NCBI GenBank assembly: GCA_043228905.1
Contig: JBHGNT010000022.1
Location: 7,874,001-7,938,000, forward strand
Length of the DNA: 64,000 nucleotides
Direction: 5' to 3'
Source: Azolla caroliniana
Lineage: Eukaryota > Plantae > Polypodiophyta
Shown: positions 36,805 to 50,165 of the stretch, piece by piece
How positions within the stretch are numbered: position 1 is the stretch's first letter
How the letters are laid out: every line of letters starts with the position of its first letter
Translations under genes and position numbers: made by a program
The notes under the pieces: generated by a model
Told to the model about the DNA's origin: nothing
The model's input: the letters and a program-made list of their open reading frames with translations, nothing else
The model's database searches: none

Positions 36805-39395
36805 AAACCCGAGATAACAAGCTGGTGGGGGCGAGGGGATGACAGCAAGCGGAAGGCTCCAAACCGGTGGCAGCAGCGCAAGACGAAAGTGGCCAAGCAG
36901 GCTACTACGGAGTGTTCATGGGACGCGGAGGACACTGGTACACGAAGAAGCGGCGATGCATGATCTGGCCGGGCGAGGGTCGACAACGCGTGCATGGGGG
37001 AGTAACCAGAGCTCGACACGGATGGTACCGAGCACAAGAACGGGAATGCAAGCGCGAAGAGGGGTTGCCAGTCTAGGTGATCTCACGTAAAAAGTCGGAG
37101 ATGGAACACACGCGGTACACGAGGAGCGGCATGCACAATAGGCGAAGGAAGAGAGATCGGATCAGTAACGGTGTCCAAGAAGGCCGGTCGAAGAAGAAGG
37201 TGCGTGCGGTGGACGTGGTGGATCGGATGGAGCCGACGGATCATGGCTGGTAACGAGCCGGCGAGACGGACGGGTGCCGATAAGGCAGAGGACCCGGTTG
37301 ATCACCATGGACAGAATCTCTCACCCTTCTCCGAACTTGGCATGTACCGGTGGACGTGCGGTTTAGTGGGGGCGGATGTCGTGAAGATTTCTGGCTATAG
37401 TGTGAAACTGGGGTGGAATAGGGCAAATTGGCGGTGTGCAACACATGCATATGTATAGTAGGAAAACGTTGTATAGAATAAGGGGGAGTATTGATCCCCA
37501 TTGTAACATTCCCCCCTCCTTGGGCTATAAAAGGAAGGGAGGGGTCACTTGTAATGGGTTGCCCATTTTTGTCGTAAGGGTATACCATTTTGTAGAGGGT
37601 CATTTTGTTAAGGATTTATAGGGTTAGTAACTGTCTTGTGTTCTTCTTCTTCTCCTTCTTGAGAAGTCAAGCGTCGCAGCTATGGCAGCAAAGCTGTTAG
37701 GTTAACTTCCTTTTCTTGGGAGCGTAGCCAACTCGAAGCTAGGGTTGTATCTTTCCTTTGTTATATATACACTTATACTTGTTTGTGCATACTGGTGTAT
37801 CTGGGGGTGTCAGGAGCATAGCCCCTTTTTGTTTCCTGTGCATAAGAGTCAGTGCCGCGCACATGCTTCTTTTCTCTCTCCCTCTCTCATGTTCAGTCAC
37901 CTCTGGGTCGTGTCCTGAGTAGGTTTTCTTGTCTCTCGAGCTCCCTCGTCCGAGACCCCGTGGTCCCGCCCCTTTCTACACACACGCGCGTAACAACGTG
38001 ACAACGTGACAACGTGACAACGGTACGGCGGTACCACGGAAGAGGGTGTGGAGCAAGCCACCCTCTCGACTTGCGAAGAAGGATGACCCAGGGAAGGGTC
38101 GGGAAAGATTGAGGCCCACGATGGATCCTTCACACCGGGCTAGAGACTTAGGCAGTTGGCAGTGGAGCCGACGTAAGACCAAGAGACTGACTATGGCGGC
38201 AAGGCGACAAGGCCAAAGGCAGCAATGGGGCGGTCCTACGACAATCCTCACACTAGTCCGGAGACTCCGGCGGTCGGCCCGAGAGCCGGCGTGAGACCTA
38301 GAGAGATGGATGGTGGCGGTAGGTTAACGGGATCCTAAGATGCGGCATGGAAGTGCGGATGGGTGATCCTACGGCAATCCTCACACCAATCCGAAGACTC
38401 TGTCGGTCGGCCGGAGAGCCGGCCTGAGACCTAGAGAGATGGACGGTGGCAGCAGGCGAGCGAGATCCGACAAAGTAGGGACGGGAAGAGCAAAAAGAGG
38501 TATAAGGCCGGCGACACGGCCACAAACCGGATACAGACCCAATCGGCAAGGTCGGGAAGGATGAAGACTGGACGCACTTGGTGCACGAGTCGGTGGCCTA
38601 ACAGATCAAAGGCCCGAGAAGGATCCCCCACACCAGATCTAAAGACTTCGGCGGTCGGCAGCAACAGCCAGCGTAAGACCAAGAGACTAACGGTGGCCGT
38701 GAGGGGACAAAGGCGGTAGCAACAGAGGCACCAAGCAACCAAGGCGTCGCGAGGGCAATGGAGACCAGGTGAGCCGATACGGGCGAGGGCGATCCTTCAC
38801 GAGTGGCAACACGGGAAGCTACCAAGGACACCCAAGCGGAGTATGGTGTGCCAAACCGGAAAGGGCACACCCGGAAGCAGATCGAAATACGTGTGTGTGG
38901 CCATCGAGGGCTGAAGTAAAGCACGAGTACAGGCGGTGTTCGGCATAGGCGGTGCCGACCAAGGAAGGTGGAAGACGGCACACGTTGGTGCGGGGTCGAA
39001 AACCGGGTGCGAGATAGGCTGCATGGGTCGGTAGCCGAAAATGGTATCGGTGACCGAAGGAGGATCCTCCACACCCACGTTAGAGGTCTCGGCGGCTCAG
39101 TCAGAGTGGCAATGACTCGCGTGGCAAGCCAAGACCGAGATAACAAGCTGGTGGGGGCGAGGGGACGACGGCAAGAGTATGGCGCCGAACGAGTTGCAGT
39201 AGCGCGGAACAAAAGGGACTAAGCAGGCCGACACGGGGTGTTCCTCGGATGTGGAGGACACTAGGTACATGGGTAAAGCGGCGATGCATGAATCTGGCGA
39301 GACGAGGGCCAACAGAGCGTGCATGGAGGAAGACTGGAATTCGGCACGGGCGGTGGGGTTACTCTCTTAGAAGGGTTTTATGATTTTGTCCCTCC

Positions 39396-40044
39396 TATTG
39401 GGAGAAGTCAGCAGCCAAAGTCTGGTCAGTCACTCAAATCAACCCGCGAGTCGATTTGGTAGTCGATTGTATTGGTTTGATGTGGGGGATAGGCCGACCA
39501 AATGGTCGATGACAAAGTATGCTAGATGGACCAACTTGATAGTTGACATAGAAGTCAGGTAGTTTAATCGACTAGATTGTTCGACTTGTGGGTCAGACAG
39601 TCGAGTCGATCAATTCGGTGAGGGTCGGATAGTCAATTCGATCAGTTGGCTGATTAACAACTATTATTATTATTATCTAATAATAACTTATTCCCATCTA
39701 TAAATATGCGAAGTTAGGGCAAACTCTATAGAGATGATGGAGTAGAACTGTGTAAAACAGTTGAGTGCAGCAAAGTGCAACAAAAAGGAGAAGTGTGATG
39801 CAAGAAAAGAAAGTGTGCGTGTAGGCATAGTTCAGTGAAACTTGCCAAAACCCTAAGTGGTGAATACTCTGTTTCAGCAAAGTCTTTGTAATCACTTCCT
39901 TTCTTTTCTTGTACCTAAGTGGTTTTCCCATTTTAGGGTTTCCACGTAAATCTTGTGTACTGTGTATTTTGTTGTTTTCTACTTTCTGTTTTGTATATCA
40001 TTTGAGTCTATTTTGCTTGTTGATTTATGGTCCACATCACAACA
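39396..40044 (+). mobile_element. Copia-type LTR remnant
   Basis: U5-like motif gtggttttccc..gggtttccacgtaaatcttgtgt, as in the B and F LTRs, ending caaCA. Left boundary uncertain and no TSD seen. Confidence 0.45.
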
Positions 40045-40818
40045 TGTAGAATATTAGAAAGTTAATTTAATGCTTGTAAAGTGTGTTGCACCCATTTCCA
40101 ATACTATTTAAAGGCGTTAATCAAGATACAAAATGGTGACTTGGCCATGCCATTACAACTTCTTAATTGAGGGAGGGAGGGGTTTTGTGTGTTGCTAAAC
40201 AACGATTTTTTTAATTTTTCTCTTCCAAAAAATAAATAACGATTTTTTTATTTAAAATAATCCAAAATAAATTCAAATAAATATCATTAAAGTCTTCCAA
40301 CCTAATGTTCAAAAATTCAAATATTTTTAAATGATTTGCATATATTCAAAGAATAGAAGAACACTTAACACTTGTGCTTTGTTTAGGAAATTGTAGAGAT
40401 GTGGTTAAGCTTGAATCAAACAAAGTGCCCATTTGCAATATCCACTGGAATGCTACAACACATCATCACGAAGGAGGGGAGTTTAATAGTAAAACTGATC
40501 CTAAGGGGCCTTATCCTAAACATAAAGTTAGCAACATATTATGGAGTTCGATTCAAACATTGTATGATTTCATGGGTGGAACCTCGAACCACATGTTTGC
40601 ATATATGTTTCTTTCTTTCTTGTTGATCCACAATGTCTTCCTCCAAAACATTATGATGCCACATACGCTCTTGTTTTCAAATTGTTGCAAAGGAGTGAGG
40701 GCATGCGGGTAGTGGGTGTATATATTTATAGAGATACATGAATATGCCTACACTTGAAACCTAGTTGGTGTATTCACACATAAGACAACCCTATGCAACG
40801 AACGGAGGAGCCTTTTCA

Positions 40819-42355
40819 CTAGGATTTTACCTCAAGGAGTTCATCTACAAACTCTTGGAATGCCAAGGTGGAGGTTCCTAAGGGCGAAATGGCGGCACGT
40901 GCAGCTGCGGCCATCTCAACCAGCGTCTTTCTCAATTTAACCTGAGTTAACGATTCGTTGACACCTACTGTTCCCATTACACGTTGCAACGCATTTACGA
41001 GGGTGGTGCTACGTACGCTCCCTATGCCGCCCATCATCGTGTCCACACCCGCCACCCCAATGCCCCATTCTTGGGCAAGCCACATGTTGGTGTTTTGTTC
41101 CGCCATGCGAGGGCACCCCACGACTGGAACACCATTCCAAATGCTCTCCAACAGGGAATTCCACCCACAATGGCTCACGAAAGCTCCCACCGATCCATGT
41201 CCCAATACCTGCCTCTGGGGCGCCCACGACACTATGAGGCCTTTCTCGGTAGGAAGGTTGCCGGAGCGGAAACTTGCAGGGAGCGATTCGGTGGCGGAGC
41301 CATCCCGAATCGCCCACAAAAACGGCCTCCCGAATGCCTCCAATGCCGCTGCTAACTCCCGCAGCTCCTCCTCAGACAAGAATCCGGCTGACCCGAAAGC
41401 CACATACACCACCGATTTGGGTGCTTGCTTATCTAGCCACTGCAAGCATTTAGATTGAGCCTCATCCAAAACGCTAGGGCTGTTCTTTTTAAGTCCTACC
41501 CCAAATGTTGGGCCAATGGGGGTCATCTTCACATTCTTTGCTCTCAATGCCTCCACTGCACCGGCCTCGAGCCCATGGAAGGAGTTCACCAGGACTCGCT
41601 GAGAGTCGGCGCCACGCAAGAAGGATCGAACAAGGATTTGAAAGAATGGTTGTGTAAGATCCTTCGTGCTCAAGGTGTCTACAGGCACGTTACCCAATCG
41701 GGAGGTAGAGATGCCAGGCAGAAAGTCAAGCACAATATCCTGTGTACCTGTTGGAGAAGAATCAGTAATGAGGAGACATGTGGGGAGAGAGAGAGAGAGA
41801 GAGAGAGAATGTACCTTGAATGAAGGGTAAGAGGCCCTTTGAGATAAGTGGTATCATGGAGGAGCCGAAGACATAGGCGGTGGCGGAGGCGGTCCACATC
41901 TCGACCCTCGGGATGCCCATCTCTTGGGCCAGTTCAACGGTCCAGGGCATGAAACTGTCCGAAAGGAGGCAAGAAATGGGCGGCGGCGGCTCACTTAGAA
42001 TGGCACCCGCACCCGAATTGGCGGCAGGATAAGAGCGAATGAAGGTCCTAAGATGGCCGAGGAGCTCCGTGTCCATAATCTCAAAAATCTCCCCCAATTG
42101 CTCGCCCGATGACAGCTTTGCGTCGATCTCCGGCGGGAGGTCTAGAGCTGCAAAGCGGAGGAGGAGGTGCTTCTCGGGGACAACAAGCCCCTTGGACAAA
42201 ATGCCCCGTGGGAGGACAAGTGTGGACAATATGCCCGAAGCGCCCAATCGTTCCCCTAAGTCGAGAAGAGGGTTTATGTGGCCTTGTGCCGGGAACGGGA
42301 AAAGTAGGACATGTGGTTGTCGTTGTGATCGTGGATGTGCCAACACCCCTTCCAT
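40819..42355 (-). CDS. Family-1 UDP-glycosyltransferase (UGT), 2 exons: 42355-41815 and 41747-40819, 489 aa
   Basis: N-terminal HVLLFPFPAQGHINP (catalytic His), CLLSDSFMPW (Asp), complete PSPG box WAPQRQVLGHGSVGAFVSHCGWNSLLESIWNGVPVVGCPRMAEQ. A 67-nt phase-1 GT-AG intron (41748-41814) joins the two ORFs in frame; no internal stops. Confidence 0.93.
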
Positions 42356-43569
42356 TGCCTCTTCTACGAGCCTCTCTTACTTCTTTCTTTACACAATGCT
42401 CACTCTTTGGCTATATTCATGGAGTTGTCACCAATTCATATAAGATGGGATAATAATGCCTTGAGGAAGAGGTTGCACCACGTACAACCAAGCAAGCCCA
42501 CTACTTAATTTTCCCCCACCCACTCCGAATTTGTGACCATAGTTCTCTTTTAGAACTTTGATTTGCCATGTGTGAGAGAGCTATTAATCTAACAACCAGA
42601 GGCCACTATTTCCTATGCCATAAATCATGCCGGTGTTCACATCACATACAGTACTGACTGATGACAACCAAACATTTCAATTATGGCTCAATTAAAGGTA
42701 CAAATAAATATAGCTAAGAGAAAAAAATGGTTTAATAAATATCTCAAGAAATATAGCCAATGATAATAAAAGGAAACCATCCAATATAATATATATATAG
42801 AGAGAGAGAGAAAAGAAAGAAAGATATCTTAACGTCTTCTAAGGCCAAAATTTGGCCGATGAGACAATTGGTGCACAATAAAATAGGGTCTCTACCCATT
42901 CATCGAAATACAAATAAAAATAAAAATAGAACTTAAGCAAAAAGAGTTATAATATTTGTACAAAACGTGTTATGTTGTAACATATTCGATAAAGGAAATA
43001 ACTTTATACTACTTGTTTCATTTTCATCCAAGCTTCTCAAAAAGAAGTTGGAGGTCAAAGGGTTTAGGTGTGGGTGTGTCCCGTGGTCCCGATGTAGAAG
43101 GTACCCAACCATGGCTTTTAGGCGGGATGTCCCCAATCATTAAAAATAAAGTAAAGTAAAGAAAGAGAAATTGATCACAACCCCTATTGGGCAAATTTTT
43201 TGATTCCTTTTTAAATTTTTCCCTAATACTCATTAACCTAACCTAAAATATCATTTTCATACTAGTGTTAATGTCATCCGAAACTATGATATGTGGAATA
43301 ACATAAAACAATATATTCTCTAATCCCTTGATTAACGAAAAATTTCCTAGTGCATGGATTACATCTATTATTGTAAGAGTTTTGAAGTAGTAAATACTAA
43401 AATAATCATTCATGATCAAAAGATATACACATAAACAAGTTTCCTTGTATAATGAGATATAATAAAATGTTTGTATACAACTATAAGATTACTGAATTTA
43501 GAATTACATATGTGAATGCATAATTTCAAGACAGTAAACATCTTAAAAAGGTTGGATTTTTTATATTAT

Positions 43570-46500
43570 TGATGTAAACATGGGGCCCTGGATATATTGT
43601 TGTTGCAAGAGCATCATCTAAGTGCGAATAGGATCTTCAATATTGGCAATCCTCTTGAGGAGGATTGGCAAACGTTCTGGTCCCCAACTCAAGGTGAGCA
43701 AGGTAGGAAAGGGGGTGTCTGTACATCTATAAGGAAGTTTTTAGATGTCGTTGTGGTGGGACAGGACACCATAGTGGAGGGACGTGCTATCTATGTGACT
43801 ATTAGATAGTCCCAATGTATAATTGGCATAATAAATGTGTATGCATCCAATTCGTCAAAGTACCGGGCCCTTTTTTGGAGGCAATTGGCCGATGGCTTGC
43901 CAATTGCAGATGCATGGATCCTTGTAGGGGATTTTAACATGACTTTGTACAAAAAGGACAAGGTGGGGGCTATGCAAATGGTGGTGCAGGGGGTTGAGCT
44001 AGTTGCATGGGATTTGTTGATGGGTCGAATGGGGGTTAAAGATGCATGGAATGTATAAAAAAGCCTCAAAGTTTGCTAAGTTTTTCGAGAGCAGGTTGCA
44101 GTATGCATATCTCGCATAGACAAAATATACATCAGTTCGGAACTAGAAAAATTTGGAACCAATGTTGAAATCATTGTAGGTTCAGCCTACTCCGATCATA
44201 TGCTGGTTAAGATAACGATAGAACGAAGAGGAGACCAGCAAGGAACTGCAATATGAGGTTCAACAAAAAACTTTTTGAGGATGCGGAGGTGAGTAGAAAC
44301 ATAAGGTGTATATGGGAAAACAATTCGACTAGGTGTGGCGCAATTGATAAACTTCGAGGGAAGATTATCGAAACTTAAACTTATCTCCATAGGGCGACTA
44401 AAAGTAGAATTGCGAGGTCTAAGGAGAAAGAAATGTGTTTAAGGAGATCAATAGCGGCTGCCCAAAGGCTATTATAGAAAGATCCCTGATGCCAATGGTC
44501 TAGGGCCAGCCTTGAGGCTGCCAAAGAAACGTTGCAACGCTTGATTGCATCCAGAAATATGATGCTATTTAGAAGTTCGGCGGCATGGTCGAGCAAAAAT
44601 GGGGATAAGGTGAATAAACAATTTTTCAGGCATAAATAACCTAGAACAAATTGTAGCTACAACCCGAAGTTGGTTAAGGAAGATGGCTCTATGTCGGAGG
44701 ATATTTCGGAGATCTTGGAGGTGGTCACCTTACACTATCATGAGTTGCTTTCGGATAGTTACAGTATCCCCGAACAACCTGCTATGATAGAATATGTGCT
44801 AGAGGGAATGCAACACAAAATTTCTGATGCGGCACAAGCTAATCTGGCGAGGCCTCTCTTGGAATAGGAAGTGGTTGATGCTTTGGCAGGTACTTGCAGA
44901 AGATCCTGTCTAGGCTCTGATGGACTATCAAGAGATTTTTTCGAAAAATTTTGGGACGTGATCAAGGTAGATTTGGTTGACGGGGTAAAAGAGGCATGGG
45001 ATGTTGGGTACTTACCTACGCAATTTCAAGAGGGGATGATATTTCTAATTCCTAAGGTACAAGGTGTAACAACTAATGCAAGGCAATGGAGACCAGTCAC
45101 GCAACTCACCACAATATATAAGATATTTGCCAATATACTAGCCAAGAGGGTAAAGCCCTACCTGCAGGAACTAATCCACGTTGGAAAAACGGGGTTCATG
45201 GAAAACAGATGCATAATTGATAATGTGTTGACATTTTGGGAGGCGATTGCCTGGCAAAGAAAACCAATCAGCACATTACCTGTCTCATGCTTCACTTTGA
45301 GAAGACATATGACAGAGTTCAGTGGCCTTTTTCAGATAAAGTCATCGAAAGGTTAGGATTGCCTTTAAAATGGAGATCAATTGCGTTGGCCTTTACAAAG
45401 GAAGTTCGAGTAGGGTGTTAATGACAGGGCATCGTGGCCCATCGATTCCATTACGTAGGTTTGTTAGACAAGGATGCCCATTGGCCCCCTATCTTTTTTT
45501 CTTTATTACAAAGGCATTCTCTTTCTTTTTGAACAAATCGGATGCAAGAATAAGGGGTTTAGTTATTCCACATGCAAGCAAGAATTTGCTGGACTCTGAG
45601 TATACCGATGACACTATGCTTTACTTGCAAGGCAATGATGCTAATTTACAGAAGGTTGAAGGACAGATTGAGTGGTTTTGCAAAGCATGAGGGGGAGAAA
45701 TTAACTAGAACAAAAGTAGAGGATTCTAGGTAAGTTCAAACCCACAACCGTTATGGTGTCCTAATGTTGATTTTCAATGGGTCCCCAATGGCATGGTTGT
45801 TAAGTATTTGGGCTTTTTGGCGGGAGTTGAGACACCTAAAAATCAGCGGCTTGAGCAGGTCAAAGAAAAAATTAGAAAAAAGCTTCGGCTATGGGCATCA
45901 GTAAAGCTCTCCCTTGTTGGTAGGGTTGTGTGGTGGTGAACCATATTTTGTTGGCCACCATGTGGCATTCAGGGGCATATTGGATGTTAGACAAAGCTTG
46001 CATAAAAAATATTAAGGCAATGGTAAGAGGGTTCCTGTGGTCGGGTAGAGACAATGAAATGGCGTCAGCTAAAGTGGCATGGAATTGTTTAATTAAGACA
46101 AAGAATCAAGGAGGACTTGGACTGATGGATCCGATTCACCAAAGTAAGGCTCTCCCTGGTAAGATTTTGGTGCAAAGTCTGCAACCCGGACCATAATTGT
46201 GGAAGGTGCTCCTTAGGAATAGAGTTGACCTTTGGTGACCCAAGAATGGTGGTCCTTGGCAAGCAAATACATGGTGGTTCTTCAGCCAGCTCTAAAGTTG
46301 AAAGAACCGGCTAGAATGGAGGATAGGGTGGTTCACGCCATAATGAAGGCATGGTCAAGTTTAAGAGAAGGGTTGGTCTTAATGCAACCGAAAACACTGG
46401 ATGAACAACTATGACAACCGTTGTTTTGGCACCCTAAGATTAGAAGTAAAGATGGTATGATTCTTGGACAACAAAATTACTTGCCTTGGGGGAGGATGTT

Positions 46501-48050
46501 AGGGTACAAGATTAGGTCGGTACACGATTGGGAGGTCTTCAGCATGAAGAGGTGGGTGGATCAGGCTGTTAGTTGTAGGATTACTAGAAGACTAGAGAAG
46601 GTGACTGTTGATGTATTAGGTAAGTTGACTACGGAAGAGGCAGTTTGGTTAGGCTACTTTGTAGGTGAGGGTGATGCACAACTTATCCGTGGCAGGTGCT
46701 CAACTAACGAGCATTGTTTGTGGGGTAACATAAGTTCTTTGACAGATGATGGTAGGTGGTTGGCAGTGCGGGTGGTAGTGTTGGAGGGTAGGAGGTGGCA
46801 ATTGAGTCCAGACCCTAAGACACTGGATCATGATTGTAAAATATAGCTTTTTGATAACAAACCTTTGGATGATTTAGCGTGGGATCCACTGGAGGTATGG
46901 TGGCAGACAGAAAGAACAAACAACTTGAAAAAGTTTTTTGAGTACAATACCAAGCTAGGAAGATGAAATTTCATTGGCTCCCAAACCGTGGGTGTTGTAA
47001 TGATTCGCAATAGTTGGAAGGATAAAGGCATTTCAGACGACGATTTGAAGTCGTTTTGGAGGAGACAATGGGCATTGGATATGCCAGAAAAAATTAAGTC
47101 TTGGTTGTGGGTTCGTAGCCATAAGGCGGCACCTGTAGGTGAGTGGTTGAGTTCTTGTGGTGATGAGGCTGGCTGTAACTTACATGGATATGCTTTGGAA
47201 TCAATCTCGCACTGTTTTTGGAATTTTACAGAGGCGATTACCATTTGGAGTAGAAGCCTTCGAATCATGGTAGCCAGTGGTGTGAAAGGGAATGTTGTGT
47301 GGGGTTCAATACAAGGACTGTCTCTAAAAGGGGAAAGTTAGGGTGAACGGTTAAACCCACAAAGACATGGATTTATTGTGCAAGGTGGTGGCGTGTTCCA
47401 ATGTGATGGGGTGAGATCGGGCACAAATTCTGAATTTTTTGAGGAGATTTGGCTTATGGTGGCGTGTTTAATGGCCTAGCACATATGGATCAAGCGTTGT
47501 AAGTTTGTTTTTCAATAAGCAAAAGCTCTCATGTGGGGAGATGATGTTAAATATCTGGTTTGATTTTGTGGCTTGGTTGTGCAGTCGATATGATTCGATT
47601 CAGGGGGAATCAGAAGAAGCAGAAAGGGCAAGGTCAAAGTTCTTGCTGAAATGGAGTAGCTCTCTCATGATAGTCAAATCTTCATCGAGGCCTAACTGGA
47701 ATTACCAAGCGCCTAGGTGGTTGTTTCCAACGATGGCTCCCAATATTGTACATGGGTTGTAATTATGTATGTATAGTTGATGCAAACGCGGGTTAGTATA
47801 GTCATGTTATGCGGATAATGTTGTTAGGAAAGAGTTAGTTGGGAGATGTAGACCCGGGGTAAAATAGGGTTTATTTTAGTTTTGTTTGAGTTAAGGATCG
47901 GTTGAGTTTTTGTTGTTTTTGTTTGATAGTTTTGGAGTTGTTCCTCCAAGTTGTATATGTTGATCCCATTGTGGATTATGGTAAACTCTGTTGTATTCTA
48001 TCTGCTAACTAATGCGAAGTAGTGTTTTTTTGGAAAAATAAATAAATAAA
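43570..48050 (+). mobile_element. L1/Tx1-type LINE ORF2, 5'-truncated and heavily decayed, with 3' UTR and A-rich tail
   Basis: LLQEHHL, VGDFN, SRIDKIY, LIPK..WRPV, FEKTYDRV, VRQGCPLAPYLF, YTDDT, GGLGL and zf-RVT-like ESISHCFW; (taaa)n tail near 48035-48051. Confidence 0.85.
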
Positions 48051-48339
48051 TAGTATATATAAATAAAATTTAGACATAAATAAGAAGGGAATACTTGTCA
48101 AACTCTAGATGCCCACTAGCAATTAGATATATAACATTATTTTTTTCATGAAATCATAATAATAAAAAAGGAAACCACTAATGTTCACCATTAGTGCAAC
48201 AAGATTCTTCCAAATGTCTAGGCTAACTAGAAGACTAAATAACTGACTCACCAATTGTTCAAATGTATGGGTAGAAATTATGTCGTTTGATTGGGCAATA
48301 GACCTTACCCTTGCATATGGCCATATATGTAGGGATATC

Positions 48340-48554
48340 TCATGTTGGATACTTTCAACACAACCTACAATTACATCATTATAAGACGCGACATTAAAGA
48401 ATATGCCTTCCCTTTGCATTTGAAAGAAACAATGGACCACTTCTTCACCAAGCTCTAATTCAACATAAACTTCAATTAGAGGTATCCATGACACCACATC
48501 ATATGCTTGAATACATCTTCCAAAACATTCAAAGTTTACGTGATTGAGCCACAC
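48340..48554 (-). pseudogene. Pentatricopeptide-repeat (PLS-type) gene fragment
   Basis: DVVSWIPLIEVYVELELGEEVVHCFFQMQREG resembles a P-type motif of PLS PPR proteins; isolated and degenerate. Confidence 0.55.
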
Positions 48555-49641
48555 TTGAGGTCGTAATCAACCATGGCACCTGTATTATTAAAACCCAAAT
48601 TTCTTATGACGACAAAATGTATGAAATTTTATTTAAAACTACATTGAAACCCTTATTTTATCTAAATGATCACAAACATAGATTGCCACATGCGCAATAT
48701 TCGTAATATTCTTCATGCGGGATATTTGCAATATTCGAGAATACGAGATGGCCCCACGTATATTATAAAACCATTCGTTTTGTATTATATAAATATACAA
48801 AAATTTAATTAATTAATTTTTTTTTTAAAAATTTAAAAATAACTAGAAAAAGAACAATCATTAATTACTAGATTATAAAAATATGATTAGTATTAACTCT
48901 CCTTTATAGTGTCAAATAAAAAAAGGGGGAGTTTATGAACCTCTATTTAATTTAATTAATCAATTAATTTATTAAAAAAACGAATATTTTTATATTTATT
49001 ATAGAATTATGATGAGTGAAAGTCCCATTTTTTATGTCAAATAAAAATATCCATAAATTTTGGGCGAATAAAAAGTGAGGAATTAATGAACCTTTATTTA
49101 TTTATTTATTTATTAAAAATAAAACGAATACGTTTACATTTACTATAAAAATTTATTAGTGTCAACTTTGAAGTCCCTCTTTTATTGTCCCCTTTTTATT
49201 TTTAAGTTCCCTTTTCTATATCCTAGGAAACTAAAAAGGAGTTCATGTACTCTCTCTTTTTTCTTTTCTTTTTTAAAACGAAAACTTGACAATGCATTCG
49301 TATATGTAGCCGTTTGCATTCAAATGGGAAACCCCACGAATGCGAATATGTCAATCTATGATCACAAATATCTCTATCTCCCTCTAGAATCATTCTAATT
49401 CTTTGTCCCAAACTCTAGAGAAGGCATGTTTGTATGCGCTTTTAAGGCACCCAAAAATGTTGTTTAACTGCTAGACCTTGGTCTTGCCAAAATTCTTAAA
49501 TAGTCAACAAAAGAGACACGTGATGAGTAAGTGACATGTTTAAATGTGCACTTCAATATAGATTGTACAACAGTTGGAATATAAATTGAGTCAAACCTTT
49601 TCCATGAAGGGAAATATATAAATAATATAAATAAGTATAAT

Positions 49642-50165
49642 ATAATCATTGTTGGTTCTCTTATATATGGAAAATTTATTTGGAGAAGCAATGCAAAGTT
49701 TAGGTTTGTGGGTGATTGGGGGTTGTAGAATTGGGGGATGTGGTTCATAAAGAATATCAAATATTGATAGATTTTAAAGATGCTAAACGATGGTTATGGT
49801 TATTTATTTGGGAGAAATTATAACATTTACCATCATTTCATGGATCTTTGCCAATGAAAACAAATTTGGGGATTGGGGGTTGTAGAATTGGGGTATGTGG
49901 TTGATGAATCTCAAATGTTGACAGAATTTAAAAATAAGTACAAGATAATCATTGTTGGTTCTCTTATACATTGCAAATTTATTTGGATAAGCAGTGCAAA
50001 TTTTATGTTTGTGGGTGATTGGGAGTTGTAGAATTGGGGGATGTGGTTCATAATGATTATCAAATATTTTTAGAATTTAAAGACGCTAAACAATGGTTAT
50101 GGTTATTTATTTGTGAGAAATTATAACATTTACCATCACTGCATCGATCTTTGCCAATGAAAAAA
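49642..50165. repeat. Imperfect tandem duplication, period about 300 bp
   Basis: ataatcattgttggttctcttata...gatctttgccaatgaaaa occurs at ~49643 and ~49945, with a partial third sub-copy near 49868. Confidence 0.85.

Larger units (their letters stand above)
35354..39360 (+). mobile_element. GC-rich non-coding LTR-element derivative G: internal copy 1, PPT, LTR-like segment (37489-~37995), internal copy 2
   Basis: 35390-37030 and 38075-39350 are diverged colinear copies. PPT gaataagggggag 37476-37488 is followed by an AT-richer segment with ctataaaagg. Faint copia RT-like nucleotide relics near 36940-37070. Confidence 0.5.

Noticed and set aside
35430-39130. Repeat-spacer layout reminiscent of a CRISPR array
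   Set aside because: Repeats are ~80 bp and strongly diverged, spacers are irregular, there are no cas genes, and the context is eukaryotic retroelement DNA.
43027-43172. Short GC-richer island with an A-rich tail upstream of the UGT (SINE or LINE 3' end?)
   Set aside because: No A/B boxes, TSD or second copy visible.
48685-49355. Possible MITE with tattcg/cgaata-rich ends and an internal AT-rich duplication
   Set aside because: Could not define convincing terminal inverted repeats or a TSD by eye.
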